Shown here one piece after another: positions 12,550 to 25,960 of a DNA stretch of 64,000 nt. The notes beneath the pieces were generated by a model. That model worked only from the letters and a program-made list of their open reading frames with translations. It was not told where the DNA came from and did no database searches. Within the stretch, counting starts at the first letter, position 1; every line of letters starts with the position of its first letter. The stretch covers positions 248,001 to 312,000 of the forward strand of contig JASVEC010000024.1 of NCBI GenBank assembly GCA_030770535.1, in the 5' to 3' direction. This DNA comes from Batkoa obscura (lineage: Eukaryota). A program made the position numbers and the translations under genes.

Positions 12550-14924
12550 AATGGCGATCTACGCTATAGTATATTATTATATGGAAGGATTAAAAGATTC
12601 TACTTTTAATACTGATAATAATTTTTTTAATAATTGATATATATTCTTGGATTATATAGGCTCTTTTTCCCACACACTCTGATTTCATATAAAAAGCAGT
12701 GCAAATCTGTTACTTTTTTGAGTAAGTGACTTTTTAAAGCTTTACTCTATACATTTGTTTTTTGGTGAATCTAAAAGCTTACATCATTAAAAAAAATAAA
12801 AATATGGGCAATCCTTTTGTTACTTGGATGATCTTTTTAGAGAAGAAAAGATTGACAATATAAACTTACGAGCTATCAACTGCTAAGAAAAATCTAGTCA
12901 TTGGAATTTAAATACTTCAAGTTGCCCATTGAGAAGTGATTTTTTAAACTTAGTTTATGCTTAAGTTGAATTCTAAAATTCATAAGTTTAAAAGATAAAT
13001 CCATAACAAGTCAATCGAATTGTATATAGTAAGGATCAGCACTTAGTTTTTCTTAGAAATTTTTGTTGCAAAGTAAAACGAAGGTTCAGGGATGTAAGTA
13101 TCAACACCCAACCTAAAAAAATAAAAAATTACATTTTAATTCATATTCTATTTTCATAGCATTATTTATAACAATAACGGTGTAGAAGATTAAAAATTAA
13201 CTTACGATGGAAGTATTGGTTGACTTTGAAATTAAAACTTCAATTAAAGTATGAGTAATTTAATATTTATTAAAAACATAATTATTTCACCAATCATAAT
13301 TACATGTTTTGAGTTTATGGATATATAAAATATATACTTGCTGTGTGAAGTTAAAATAAATGTTGCTTAAAACGTTACTATATAAAACAAATTTTATCTT
13401 TTGTAAAAACATTAAATTTTGATTAATAAAGTTTTGTGTTATTTGTTGCTTATCATAACATAAACAAAGAGCATTTTTCAATTTAAAATTTGAATATTTT
13501 CAATAATCTTTTTACATAACAATCATACTTAATAACAAAAAAACCTAATTCCTCAACTGTTATGTTTCTTCAAAGCTATGTGCTAGATTAAGAAGTTGCT
13601 ATTTTATGCAGGGTATATGTATTTTAGACTAGTTTTACTAATTTCCGAAAAAACGAATTTAAGCCACATGTTGAAAATTTTCTAAAAATTAAATAAATCA
13701 GCACTAACATAAAATTAATATAATAAAACTACTTTTAATGATCTTCAAGTCAAGACAGACCCTTTTTATGGCACTTCTATGAAACAAAGTAAATTTGCTT
13801 ATTTTAATGATAACTTTCTAAAAAGTTAATGAATACTTTTCAATAACGAATTCGCGTTTTAAATAATAGATTTTTAAAAATTATATTATCATTTAATTTG
13901 GCAATCACTTATTTCAGTCAATGCCAGAGGTAAATAAAGGTAAATCCAGATTATGTACTAAGAGAAAAGGATAAAATAAAAGCACAATAAGAACTCAATG
14001 GCCATAGATAATAAAAATATTTGAATTTTAGTTGAAACTCCAAGAATTCAAAAGATGAGTTGCTCATTTTAAAACAAACTATTTGAAAAAAGTTCTATTA
14101 CTTCATAAAAAAGGTATTCACTTTAACATTTATTATCTTTGATACAACAAAGTGTTTTAATATTATATAAAAATCCTAACGAAAGTAGTAGGTCCACGGT
14201 AAATTAAGAAATATGCTAATTAAATGTAACTTGCCATTTGCATTTTTATTTACAATAATTTTGTTACTGTCATAGTTGAATATAATGAAATAGAAAACAG
14301 TGAAATAAGACTTTCAAAAACATTCAAGTAAAGTATAGTCTTTGCTCTTCAATTAAGACTCTACAAAACGGCTAAATGTAACTTATTATTGATAGAACGA
14401 ATGTCAGATTGCATTTGAATAATTTGAATAAATATTTAACCTCTTATTATAGTTTATTATAATATTTAGTGTCATAATCTGTAAGAATATATTTCTTTAG
14501 AATATTTAAACCAAATAACTCTCAAAACATAAATTTGTTAAAGAAATACATTTTAATCCATATATAATTTAATCAATATAGGATCTGATAGCACACTCGC
14601 AAATTTCTCATTCCGCTGTAAAAAAAGTATGATATTGAGTATTTAAAGTCTATAAGTATAAGTTTCTATTAAATAAAGCTCCTTGAATACTTTAAGCTAG
14701 ACTTCTAGATCTATCTGAGTGTCTTATATTTAGCTTAAAATCATATTAAATAAAATTAGAAAAGCAGCCTGTTTGGATTATAATCCATAGTTTTAATGTT
14801 GGATTTTGAAAATAATAGCCAATCAAAAGCAAAAGAATAATTTTCAGAAGAGCACAAGGCTTTGAGAGAACTTAAATTCAGATTATATAAAAAAGACAGC
14901 TAATTTAAATTAATTTTTAATAAT

Positions 14925-16677
14925 ATGAACGAAAAAGAAAATTTATTTCAAACTTTAGTTCAAAGGTAAGCTAACTTTTTCAACTCAATTGAATTTAACT
15001 AAATAAAAAAGAACGGAAGTATATAAAAAATTGGCGAGTTCAAAAATAAACCAAGAGTGGAAATTAAAACTGGATGCATTTTTACAACAGGCTGAACTGT
15101 TTAAAGATAATGAGTTTGAGGTAAATAAAATAGTGACTATGCAGAAAAGTTTTAAAGAATGATTTAGAGTAAAGCTAACGCTTTATTTAATCAACTAAAA
15201 CTAGAAGAGATAAACAATAAACAGATAAAGATAATAATTAATTTGAAAAAGTTAATTTATAAACTACAAAAATCAAAATTGATAGACCGAGGCACAATTA
15301 CAAAGGTATTTTACTAAAGCAATCTTAATGATAAATGATTTAATATTTTATCTAGGATCAAGGTTTGATAAATCATATTTATTTAAAAATAAAGATTAAA
15401 ATTAATTAAAAGATGATAATAAAACTGAATCATATAAGATTGAGCCATATAGTTTATACTTAAAAACAGGGAATGTAAAGTTATTTTCAAGTATCAATAA
15501 GATACCAATCAGTTATGAATTACGTAAGATTAAACGATTCTTCTAATTTAAGCAGTTACTAACAAGTACTAGCTAATAAAGTACAAAAGTTAAGCTTGTT
15601 ACCATCTCAAAATAAAAAGGCTGCCCCCTTAAGTAAAATATTAACAAAGAATCCAGGCTCCCTTAATTTTGATATTAACGATCTCATAGAAGTAAAGAAA
15701 GGTAACTGATGGTATTATAATTTAGGTTAATTTGTTTATATTTTATTTTAGTTTCAGCTATTATGGCTAGTCCTTATAATAGTATCGGACCTTCTTATGA
15801 CTCTGGAAATAGTTACATAGATGTGAATGATACTAATCTAATTGCAAGTGCACCGAATGGTATTCAATCATAAATTATCCATATTAATTTAATAAACTAA
15901 TAACTTTTAGATAAAAAAGAAGAATATGACTTTTTGAAATTAGAAGGGATTGATCCGGACTTTTTATTAAATGGTATTGAACAGCCAATTGAATGCAATG
16001 GCGCTATTAAAAAACAGATAAACGATGAAGAAAATTTTAATATTGACAAGTTGACTCAAATTATTAACGAAAGCTCAATTGATAATATAAAACAAAGCGT
16101 ACAAAGTATAATACAAGGAAATGAAACGACGTCCAAAAAAAATAAAATAAGAGATGAAGAAGGCAAAGATTTAATCTCAAGTCTCAAAAGAAAACTAAAT
16201 GAAAAAGAAATTGAAGGTAAGTATATTCTTTTAATAAAAATAGTTCAATAATCATATTATTTTAGATAATAAGCTAGAGCCAAATGCTATCTTAGTACAA
16301 ACGCACAAAATGCTTTCAAAATTGAAAGAACTCCAACATATAAGATTAAAATATAAAATAGATCAAGTATCTGAAGAAGAGTATAACTTAGGTATTATTA
16401 ATAATTTAAAGTAACTATTAAATTTATTAACTCTTTTTGAAGCTAAACATTTTAGAACAAAAATAAGTCAATTAGTAGATAAAGTACCACCTAAAGCTTT
16501 AGTGCGACCTACTGCGGTTCAGAAAATGATACAAAATTTTGTTAGTTTTGATTCTAATTATCAAGGTACGCTTAAAGCTTATCAACCTTATACTTTTTTA
16601 GATCATAAAAAGTAAGGATAAATTTTGTTTTTTACTATTATAAATTAAATTATTTTAGACATTTAATTAAAAATTAA
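14925..16677 (+). CDS. Multi-exon protein resembling the C-terminal region of BRD7/BRD9 (DUF3512) or Rsc58
   Basis: About 10 exons with GT-AG introns. Motifs SPYNSIGPSYDSGNSYIDVNDTNLI and LVQTHKMLSKLKELQHIR...SEEEYNLAKHFRTKISQLVDKVPPKALV. Confidence 0.6.
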
Positions 16678-17269
16678 TATTTAAAATTGATTTAGTTTGA
16701 TGGTAAAATTACTACTCTCTTAAATAATAATATTAATAAATTTTTTTATAAACATTATATTATTTTGAGTCAGCTTGAACTCAGCTTTTAGTTAATTTTT
16801 CACAGATAAATTAATTAATGTAAACTAACGGTTAAACTTTTGACTATAAATTAAAGTTTTGAACTTTATTATAAAGGCATAAATTTAATATGATTAATAA
16901 TAACGAACTAATAAAATTAATAAAAGGAATTGAGATCCGAAATTAGTTTTATTTGAACATATTTTAAAATTGATAATAATTATCATTTTAATGTTGTATT
17001 ATAAAAAATAAATAAAACTAGTTTACTCCTGTTTATTTTAGTCAACGCGATAATTTCAATTTATTTTCGTTTTATTCTTATTACAAATTTCACTATTACT
17101 AGCAAAAACAACAAAAAATTAATTTTAAATGAAGCTCAAATTGTTAAATGTATTGAAGGGTAAATAACGATGCGCATGAAATTGAACCAATCAATTCACA
17201 TTGTAACTATTAATAAGCTTTTAATCAAACAACAGAAAGGGCTGCCTTGGTTAATATAAATAGTCAAAG

Positions 17270-18350
17270 ATGGTAGCAACAAAGATAATCAGAAATTTAT
17301 TTAAAATGACTAGAAGTCAAAGTAGTTATTATAGTAATGTAATAGCTATTCTAAACTAAAAATTAATAAATTAAAAATTAATATTTTTATTCATTAGGTA
17401 GCTACAAAGCCTTTTATTAAAATAGTTGAAGTTGGACCAAGGGATGGTTTACAAAATGAAAAAAAAGTTATACCAACTGAAGTTAAAGTTAATTTAATTA
17501 ATCAGTTATCAAACACAGGTCTTAAGGCTATCGAAGCTACCTCCTTTGTTTCTCCAAAATGGGTGCCACAAGTAATTTCTATTATGTAATATATAGAACA
17601 AAGTATTAAAACTGAATTTAGATGGGTGATAACTTAGAAGTGATGAAAAAAATAAACAAAAAATCCAATGTAGATTATCCTGTATTAACACCAAATCTCA
17701 AAGGTTTACAGAGTGCTATCGAAGCTGGTGCTAAAGAAGTGGCTATTTTTGGAGCTGCTTCTGAGTCTTTCTCGAAGAAAAATATCAACTGTTCAATTGA
17801 TGAAAGTTTAGATAGGTTTAAAGAAGTGATGGAATTGGCTCTTAAAAACAACATTAAAGTTAGAGGGTACGTTTCATGTGTAGTTGGGTGCCCTTATGAA
17901 GGTTATATCCAACCAGAAGCTGTAGTCAAAGTAGCTAAAAAGATGTTAGATATGGGCTGTTATGAGATAAGCTTAGGAGATACCATAGGTGTAGGGACCC
18001 CTGGAACATTTAAAAAGCTTCTTGATGTGGTTACCAAACAAATTCCTATTGAAAAATTAGCTGTTCATTGCCATGATACTTATGGTCAAGCTTTAGCTAA
18101 TATTCTACTTTCAGTCCAATATGGCATAAGAGTAGTTGATAGTTCAATCAGTGGATTAGGTGGTTGCCCTTATGCTAAAGGTGCTACCGGGAACGTTGCC
18201 ACTGAGGATGTCGTTTATATGCTTGAAGGTATGAACTACGATACTCAAGTAAACTTACCAGAGCTTATTAAAATAGGAGACTATATTAGTAAAGAACTTG
18301 GAAGGCAGCCAGGATCTAAAACTGCTCAAGCTTTAATTAATAAATTATAG
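17270..18350 (+). CDS. HMGCL: Hydroxymethylglutaryl-CoA lyase, mitochondrial, 2 introns
   Basis: [38 protein letters not shown] and [19 protein letters not shown]. Basic presequence-like N-terminus. Confidence 0.95.
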
Positions 18351-18519
18351 GTTTTGTTTTGAATGAATAGGTTTTCGAATTTATATTTAAACAGTCACTA
18401 TTTTTAATTTTTTTTTGATATTATTTTGGGCAAACAATTTAGTAATAAAATTAATTTTGCTCAAATAGTGAGTCTATTTTTTGTAATAATTTAGTTTTAG
18501 TTAAGCAGTTTTTTAAAGT

Positions 18520-21500
18520 ATGGAGCAATTAAACGCAGAGCTTACGCTTGACCCTTTTGATTATAATCTATGGTGTCAATTACTAAGTGAAGCACAAGCA
18601 GCTGCCAATGAAGACTTAATACGTAGTACTTATGAAAGGGTGCTCGCTGTATTCCCAAACTCTGTAAGTTTTAAATGAACCATTCTTATTCCTATAACTC
18701 ATTTTTATATTCAAGGTTCAACATTGGTTAGAATACATTGATTTTGAATTAAAGAATAACCAGTTAACCAAAGCAGAAGCTTTATTTACTCGTTGTACTA
18801 CATCTCTTTGTTCTTTAGCTATATTCAAGCTATACCTTCAGTATATTAGAAGGGCCAATAGTACACGTGAGGGTGTTCCTAAGGGGCCAACAGGACGTAA
18901 GATTATAATTCAAGCTTTTGAATTTGTTCTTCATCGTGCAGGGTATGATCGGGAAGCAGGGCCAGTATGGTTAGAATATATTGCACTCCTCAAAACGAAT
19001 GAGGTTAGTGAACTTATAAGTTTATTAAAAAGAGATATTAAATCAATTAAGTATTTAAAGCTTACAAGTTATTTTAGTTTAAGGGCTTTAATATTAAGTT
19101 TTTTTGATATTAATGATACTTGTTTAATTATTTATTTAAGCTTATTTGTTAAATTGCTTTTGTTTTTTTTAGTCACATAACAGCTGGGAGCAACAGCAAT
19201 CTATTGAAAAGATTCGAAGAGTTTATCACCAAGCTGTCTCGATCCCCACCTTATCACTTGATCAAATTTGGAAAGAATATGAATTGTTTGAAAACTCACT
19301 TAATCGTGTTGCAGTAAGCTAACTATTAATTTAAAATATTATCTTTGACATTTATTTAAGGCCAAAAAAATATTAAGTGAACGGTCATCGATTTACAATA
19401 ACTCTAAGGCGGTTCTTAAGGACTTAAAAAATTTCACTGATCAGCTTAAACTTTCACTGAAAACCCCAACGAGGCCACCAATGTGGTCTCCAAATGATAT
19501 AAAACTGGTAATGCTACTGCTTATCTTTGTTAATTATTTATCTTTGTTGATTAATTATTTATTAATTGAATATACAGGCTGAATTATGGAGAAATTATAT
19601 CATTTGGGAAAAAACAAACCCACTTGGTTATGAATTAGTCGACATGGTTCGTGCTCGTCTTATCTTTGCTTATAATCAAGCAATTATTGCTATGCGCTTC
19701 TATCCTGAATTTTGGTAAGTTAAACTAATATGATTAGTTTATGGTATTCATTCTTTTCTAGGGTTGATTTTGCAACCTTTTATTTGAGGAATAATAAAAA
19801 AAATGAAGCGTTAGCTGTATTCAAAGCTGCCTCTAAAGCACTTCCAACCAGGTAATTGTTTGCATTTTATTTAATATCAATATTGATATCTCTTTTAGCA
19901 TATTAATCAATGTCACTTATGCTGAGTTTCAAGAAAAGCAAAAGAGAGAAAGTGAAGCGCATGAGATATATAGAGAACTTATAAATAAATTAACTAAGCA
20001 ACTTGAAAATATCAAAGAGAGTTATGAAGCCAAGTTAAAAGAACTAAATGCACCAGATAAGGATGATATATTACTTAAAAGTAGAACAGACGGAGTAGAA
20101 ATTGATGGTGAAACAAAAGAAATGTTAAGAAGAAAAGAAAAGGTAAAAGAAAAGCAAAGACTTGAAATAGAAACTTTAAAGGATGAAGATTTGGACAAAA
20201 TCAAAAGACAAATTACTCTTGTTTGGATCCATTATATGAAATCCGCTAGACGTAGTGAGGTAACTTAGTTGATAATATTAATTAGTTAATTAATTAGTTA
20301 ATTAATTAATTAGGGAGTTAAAGGACTACGTAAAGTTTTTGGAGAAGCCAGAAAATCAGGCAATGTCACTTATCATCTTTTTGTTGATTCAGGTAATTTT
20401 AATTTAGTATTTTATTAAAAAACTAATTAGTTTATAGCATTAATGGAGTACTACCACCAAGATGATCCAAAAATTCCAGAGAACATTTTTCAATATGGAC
20501 AGCGGTTTTTTGCTCAAGAACCTGGATATATTTCACAATACCTTGATTATTTAATGAAGAAAAAGGATACAAATAGTAATCTTTTTTCATTTTTATTTTA
20601 TAGTTTTAATATGTATTAGATACTAGAGCATTATTTGAAAGAAGTATAGAAAATATACCAAAAGACAAAGCGCTTGAGCTATGGGAAAAAATATCAAGTT
20701 ATGAAGCAGATTATGGGGATATTTCTAATTTAGAGAAAATAGAATCACGTATCTTCGGGAGTTACTCATTAAGTAATTGTAATTTTTTATTTTTTTATTT
20801 TATCTAACATAATTTCAATAGTCTCTGCTTCAAGCCTATATGCTGAAAGGTTAAGTTATTTAGATATAAATGCAGATTCAGAGCTTGGACCTTTAGGTAA
20901 CTCGATTAATTGGTAAATTATAAATATTTTAATTTTACGTTTTAGACAAAGGAATGACCAGCTTAAAACTAGTATCAAATAATCCTGATGAGATTGCTAG
21001 TGCTATAGGAGCATCGAAGAAAACTTTATTAGACTCAGTAATTTCTGAAGAGTTTGTACGTCCAGATTTTAGTAAATGGACTTCCTATAAACCAAATGCT
21101 GATGGTACTAGAAATCCTGTTACAATTGCTTCATCATCTGCAATGCCAGCAGCCCAAACTGTAAACCAAACCAATCCCATACAAGCCACTGCACCTATAC
21201 CTGTTCCTGCACCTGCACCTGCACCTAGTGCTACATTAGAGCAAATACCCCCACAGGCGCCTGCTCCTTTGACAAACATGATGGGTGCGCCTCAACTCCC
21301 ACCTCAACCTCCAGTTATGCCGCAAAACCCTCCTTTAGATCTTCCACCAGCAGTAGCATACTTTTTATCTCAAATACCCCCACCCAGTGATTTCATGGGT
21401 ACTCGTTTAATAATATACTATAATATGATTTTTACTTATGCTTTTTCAGGTCCTAATATACCTATTGATCGTGTTATAAATATGATTGGAGAAGCAGTTT

Positions 21501-21829
21501 TGAATATTCCACCAGCACCCGATATGCCAGGTAACATGAACCCTAACGCACGTATGCCACCAAACTTTCCGAATCAAATGTCACGTCGCCCAGGCCCACC
21601 AGGAGGGTTTAGAGTAATGTTTCTTTATATGTATATTAATTAATTATTAATATTGTTTAAGCCAAATCAAGGTTTTAGAAATGATCATATGAAACGTATG
21701 CAACCTTCACCCCATACTGGGTTTCCAATGTCTTCAGAAGATCAAAGTAAATATGCCTTATTTGTTTATACTATATATTCATATTTTCTAGATTTTCATC
21801 ATATGCAAAAGAGAAATCGACAAATGTGA
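18520..21829 (+). CDS. RNA14: mRNA 3'-end processing factor Rna14/CstF-77 (HAT repeats, Suf domain), ~14 introns
   Basis: HAT-like repeats (YERVLAVFP, WRNYIIWEKTNPL, AMRFYPEFW), ITLVWIHYMKSARRSEGVKGLRKVFGEARK, RPDFSKW and LPPAVAYFLSQIP. Confidence 0.9.
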
Positions 21830-22395
21830 AGAGAGAGAAGATATCGAAAGGATGGCAATATTTTTATATCATCAACATTGACCGAATGCAAAAAAAGCAT
21901 TTTTAGTTTTCTTTAATCTGTTTTTAATAAAGCTATAAATTGTTTTTTATTTTTATTTTTATTTTATGATATCTTGTTATTTTAAAGGCTTACAATGGTT
22001 ATAAATTTTTTTATCATAACGGTATACTTCATTGTTATATTATTTTAAAAATAGACTAATTGTTCGTTTTTCTATCCTTGCCATTTCCTTATCTTGAATA
22101 TTATTTGAAAATACTAAGTTTATGCTTTCTAAGATCTAAAATAATAAATGATGATAGTTGTAAATCTAAGAACAGTATTTAAATCATTTAATTTAATAAA
22201 AATTGTTATAATTTTATTTAAAAATGAAAAATCTATTTAATACTCAACTAGTCATTAGTTTCAATAAAAACATTAACACTAATCGAATCTATGTAGTTAA
22301 GATAATATACATTATTTAGTATTTGTGAGAACAAAAAGCCATAAAATTTAATTAAATTTACTTTAAAATAATTTTTTAAATGATTATATAATAAG

Positions 22396-22502
22396 ATATG
22401 GGAGTGTTTTTTTTGACTTCATTATTTTTTCCATTTTTCAAGCGCTATTTAAGCGGAAAATTTGTTAGTAAAATTCTTAAACACAAAAATACATCCCCAT
22501 AT
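22396..22502 (+). mobile_element. ~105-bp MITE-like element (reference copy)
   Basis: Imperfect terminal inverted repeats TGGGAGTGTTTT / AAAATACATCCCCA, each flanked by TA. About 5 differences from the reverse complement of the copy at 55475-55581. Confidence 0.85.
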
Positions 22503-24247
22503 TGCCATTGTTACTTTTACAATAAACATTAGTGAATAAAACAGAGGTAATTTTCCCCAACTAATATTCAAGTAAAACATCGCTGGTGCTAATTTGAAAA
22601 CAATAAAATTAATTATAAAATTAACAAAGAAGCCAAACGTGATATATTAAATCTACAGGAATGTATCCTTTACTCTAGTATTTTCTAGTATTTAGGGTTT
22701 ACAATTGTAAAAGATAGATAAACAAAATCATATTATTATATTAAATTGTACTTATTAGCAATATTTAAAAAGGTGATACAAGAATTAATATAGAGTAGTT
22801 TTACTTAACTTTAAAGCTTTATCATAAGATTTTTGTTCCTCAACAAATCAAATCACTTCTTAATATGTTTACTTACCTGTTATTTATCATCTTCTATTCT
22901 GTTACAAATATTTATACCAAAATATCAGCTAATTTTTTACAATTAAGTACCCATATCTTAAGTAATAAAAGCTTATTAGATTAATAGACCAACTTTCCTT
23001 CTTATTATTTATGTTGCTAAAAATTATGATACTGTTAAAAAAATCAGCTTTCTAATTATAGAAATAAATTTATTTACAAAGTTACTAATTAAATTTGTAA
23101 TATTATTATTGGTGTATTTATTGCAACCTTGGAATTTTGATATAAAGTTATCTTGTTATATGTTAGCTTAGAAATAGCTATATAAATCATCGATATCTTT
23201 CTTGTTTAGCGATATGGTAGAAAGATGAGTTAACAAGAATATTGTAGACTATTATTCTGCTCAATTCTTTAGTCGCTATCTTAGTACAATAGGATTGCGT
23301 ATCCTATAGTTCGGCTAATCTTAGATGTGACAGATAATCGAACTAGTAATTAATATTAAATTTTGACCTCTCAGATAAAGATATTTGACTAAACTTATTA
23401 ATCTCAACTATTAAACTAATAGGTGAATAATAATATATGAAATAGATATTGGAAACCAAGATAACTAAAAGTTTGTATAATTATCATAAGTGTAAATAAG
23501 TTCAAAATCAAAATCTAATATTCTATATCATAAAGTAACTTAAAAACCTTTCTATTTATTCTGATTTATAAATATAGTGCGCTTTTTTATGGTACAGCTT
23601 TTCAATGTAACATTAGATAATAAAAAAATGAACATGTTATAATTCGTGTTTTTAATGATTTAAAAATTAAAATAATTAATTCAATAGTTTTTGTGTACAT
23701 GTTTTGTTTGTAGAAGATATTTTTGAAGAACAAATAGATAAGAACGAATATTTAGAATATGGCTTAGTGATATAGCCATTAAAATAATGTTAAAATAATG
23801 TCAACATAATGTTTTTCGTTAACCATAACATTTATGAAAAAATCTTACAAATCAATAGGATTAATCTAAAGTAATCTTTTACTTTTACACAAATTGAGAA
23901 CAAGGCTATAAATAAAAACGAGATTCAGGAATAGAAGGGATAAATTTGAGGAAATTTGTAATATTTTTTACAAATCTGTCTCTTATCTTAATTTTCGGCT
24001 TCTAAATTGAGATTTTCTAATGACGACACCAGTTTCTTTTTAGTTATTCATAATTCGAACTAATTTATCACGTTTTCACAAATACTCAAATACTCGAAAA
24101 TTGAAATCAAATACTATTACATCAACTCTAACCAAAATAATATTATATATTAAATAATATTATTATTGGCTAGTATACAATGAGGATATAGTATAAAAGA
24201 AATATTACATTCTATTTTAATAATTTTTTAAATCACAATTTAAAAAC

Positions 24248-25225
24248 ATGAGTACTGACAAAATCACTTTCTTATTAAACTGGCAAGCTAATCCATACCA
24301 TGCTCCAGTATATCTAGCCCAAAAATTAGGTTATTTTGCTGAGGAAGGTATCAAAGTTGCTATTTTAGAACCTTCTGATCCATCCGATGTCACTGAGCTT
24401 ATTGGTTCTGGTAAGGTCGATATGGGTCTTAAAGCCATGATTCACACCATTGCTGCAAAGGCAAGAGGCTTCCCAGTTACTTCTTTAGGTACTCTACTTG
24501 ATGAACCATTTACTGGTATCATTCACCTTAAGTCCAAATCTGGTATCACCGAAGATTTCCAGTCTTTACGTGGTAAACGCATTGGTTACGTTGGTGAATT
24601 TGGTAAGATCATTATCGATGAACTTACTAAGCACTATGGTATGACCCCAGAAGAGTACACTGCTGTCCGAGTTGGAATGAATGTTTCTGATGCTATTAAA
24701 CGTGGTATCATTGATGCTGGTGTTGGTCTTGAAAACGTACAGCAAGTTGAGCTTGAAGAATGGTCTAAAGAACAAGGTCGTGATGCTGATGACGTTGCCA
24801 TGCTTAGAATTGATGAGTTAGCCGAATTAGGATGCTGCTGCTTCTGCTCCGTTCTTTACATTGCTAATGATAAATTTATTAAAGAAAATCCAGAAAAGGT
24901 AAGAAAATTCATGAATGCTGTTAGTAAGGCTACTCAATACATGATCAACTCACCACAAAAAGCTTATAATCTCTATACTGAAATCAAACCTATCCTTGGT
25001 AATGACTTGAACCGTCAAATTTTCCAACGTTCCCGTGTCTACTTCTCTAAAACTTTAGAAAATGTACAAAGAGACTGGACTAAGGTTACTAAGTATGCCA
25101 AACGTCTTGCTGTAGTTGATGAAGATTTTGTACAAAATTGTACTAATGAGTTCCTCCCTCTAGTTGGACAATCAGTCAATGCCCCTGAAGATGCTCTCAG
25201 TTCAGCTGCTTTATTAGCAAAATAA
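24248..25225 (+). CDS. THI5: HMP-phosphate synthase NMT1/THI5 (thiamine pyrimidine biosynthesis), intronless
   Basis: [23 protein letters not shown] (PLP Lys, His), [10 protein letters not shown] and [19 protein letters not shown] at ~24192. Confidence 0.97.
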   Translation: MSTDKITFLLNWQANPYHAPVYLAQKLGYFAEEGIKVAILEPSDPSDVTELIGSGKVDMGLKAMIHTIAAKARGFPVTSLGTLLDEPFTGIIHLKSKSGITEDFQSLRGKRIGYVGEFGKIIIDELTKHYGMTPEEYTAVRVGMNVSDAIKRGIIDAGVGLENVQQVELEEWSKEQGRDADDVAMLRIDELAELGCCCFCSVLYIANDKFIKENPEKVRKFMNAVSKATQYMINSPQKAYNLYTEIKPILGNDLNRQIFQRSRVYFSKTLENVQRDWTKVTKYAKRLAVVDEDFVQNCTNEFLPLVGQSVNAPEDALSSAALLAK

Positions 25226-25295
25226 CTTAATACTTAACTTTGAATTGCAATAAAAAAATTAACTTCAAATATTATATTTTTTAATGCATTTAGTC

Positions 25296-25394
25296 ATTTG
25301 GGGGTGTTTTATAGTTTCATCACTTTTTCCTTTTTTAATTACTATTTGAGTGGAAAAGCTATTAGTAAAACTCTTAAACAATACATCCCCATTT
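25296..25394 (+). mobile_element. MITE-like copy, ~70 bp downstream of the THI5 stop
   Basis: TGGGGGTGTTTT...CTATTTGAGTGGAAAA...TTAGTAAAA...ATACATCCCCA. Confidence 0.8.
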
Positions 25395-25960
25395 AATAGT
25401 TAAACTTCTTTCAACACTATTGTGATTTAATATTCGGGATACATAGTAATATTAGTGAATAGGTGAAAAGCATTATTAACAGAATAAATAATTTATTAGC
25501 TTTGAATTCATAAAATAAAAAATAAAAGTTATAATTATAACCTTTTACTACATTATTTTAAATATATTTCAAATTTTTTTTTATAAGAATGTTTAAAGTT
25601 ATTGAGATAATAAACCAATATTATCATAAATAATGACAACAAAATGTCTGGATTTCGATAAATAGTTTCAATAACAGTTATTAAATAAAATTTGAATAAA
25701 GCTAAATATTATTTGACACAATTTATTATAAACAATATATTGAAGTTTAAATATCAGTCGGATAGATTTTTCATTTATTCAATCCAAATGATTTCAAAAT
25801 TAACTTACATTTTATGTTTGCTAAATGGCACTCTATTAGCCTTTATAGTTATAGTCATTCAGTTCATAAAAGCTGAATGTTCATTCTGAGTTTGGACGAA
25901 TCTGAACAAACTTAGGCTCAATCGACATACTATTATTAACATTTAAAAATCTTTGAGTTA

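Noticed and set aside
14774..14787. Perfect 14-bp palindrome TGGATTATAATCCA, and small hairpins at ~23307-23345 and ~23759-23779
   Set aside because: Single short AT-rich palindromes are expected by chance and do not recur.
22661..22672. GTATCCTTT matching a U12 5' splice site
   Set aside because: Intergenic, with no host exon or TCCTTAAC branch site.
22869..22882. ACTTACCTG resembling the U1 snRNA 5' end
   Set aside because: No U1 stem-loops or Sm site follow. It is equally a minus-strand donor-like CAGGTAAGT, and no coding exons could be built around it.
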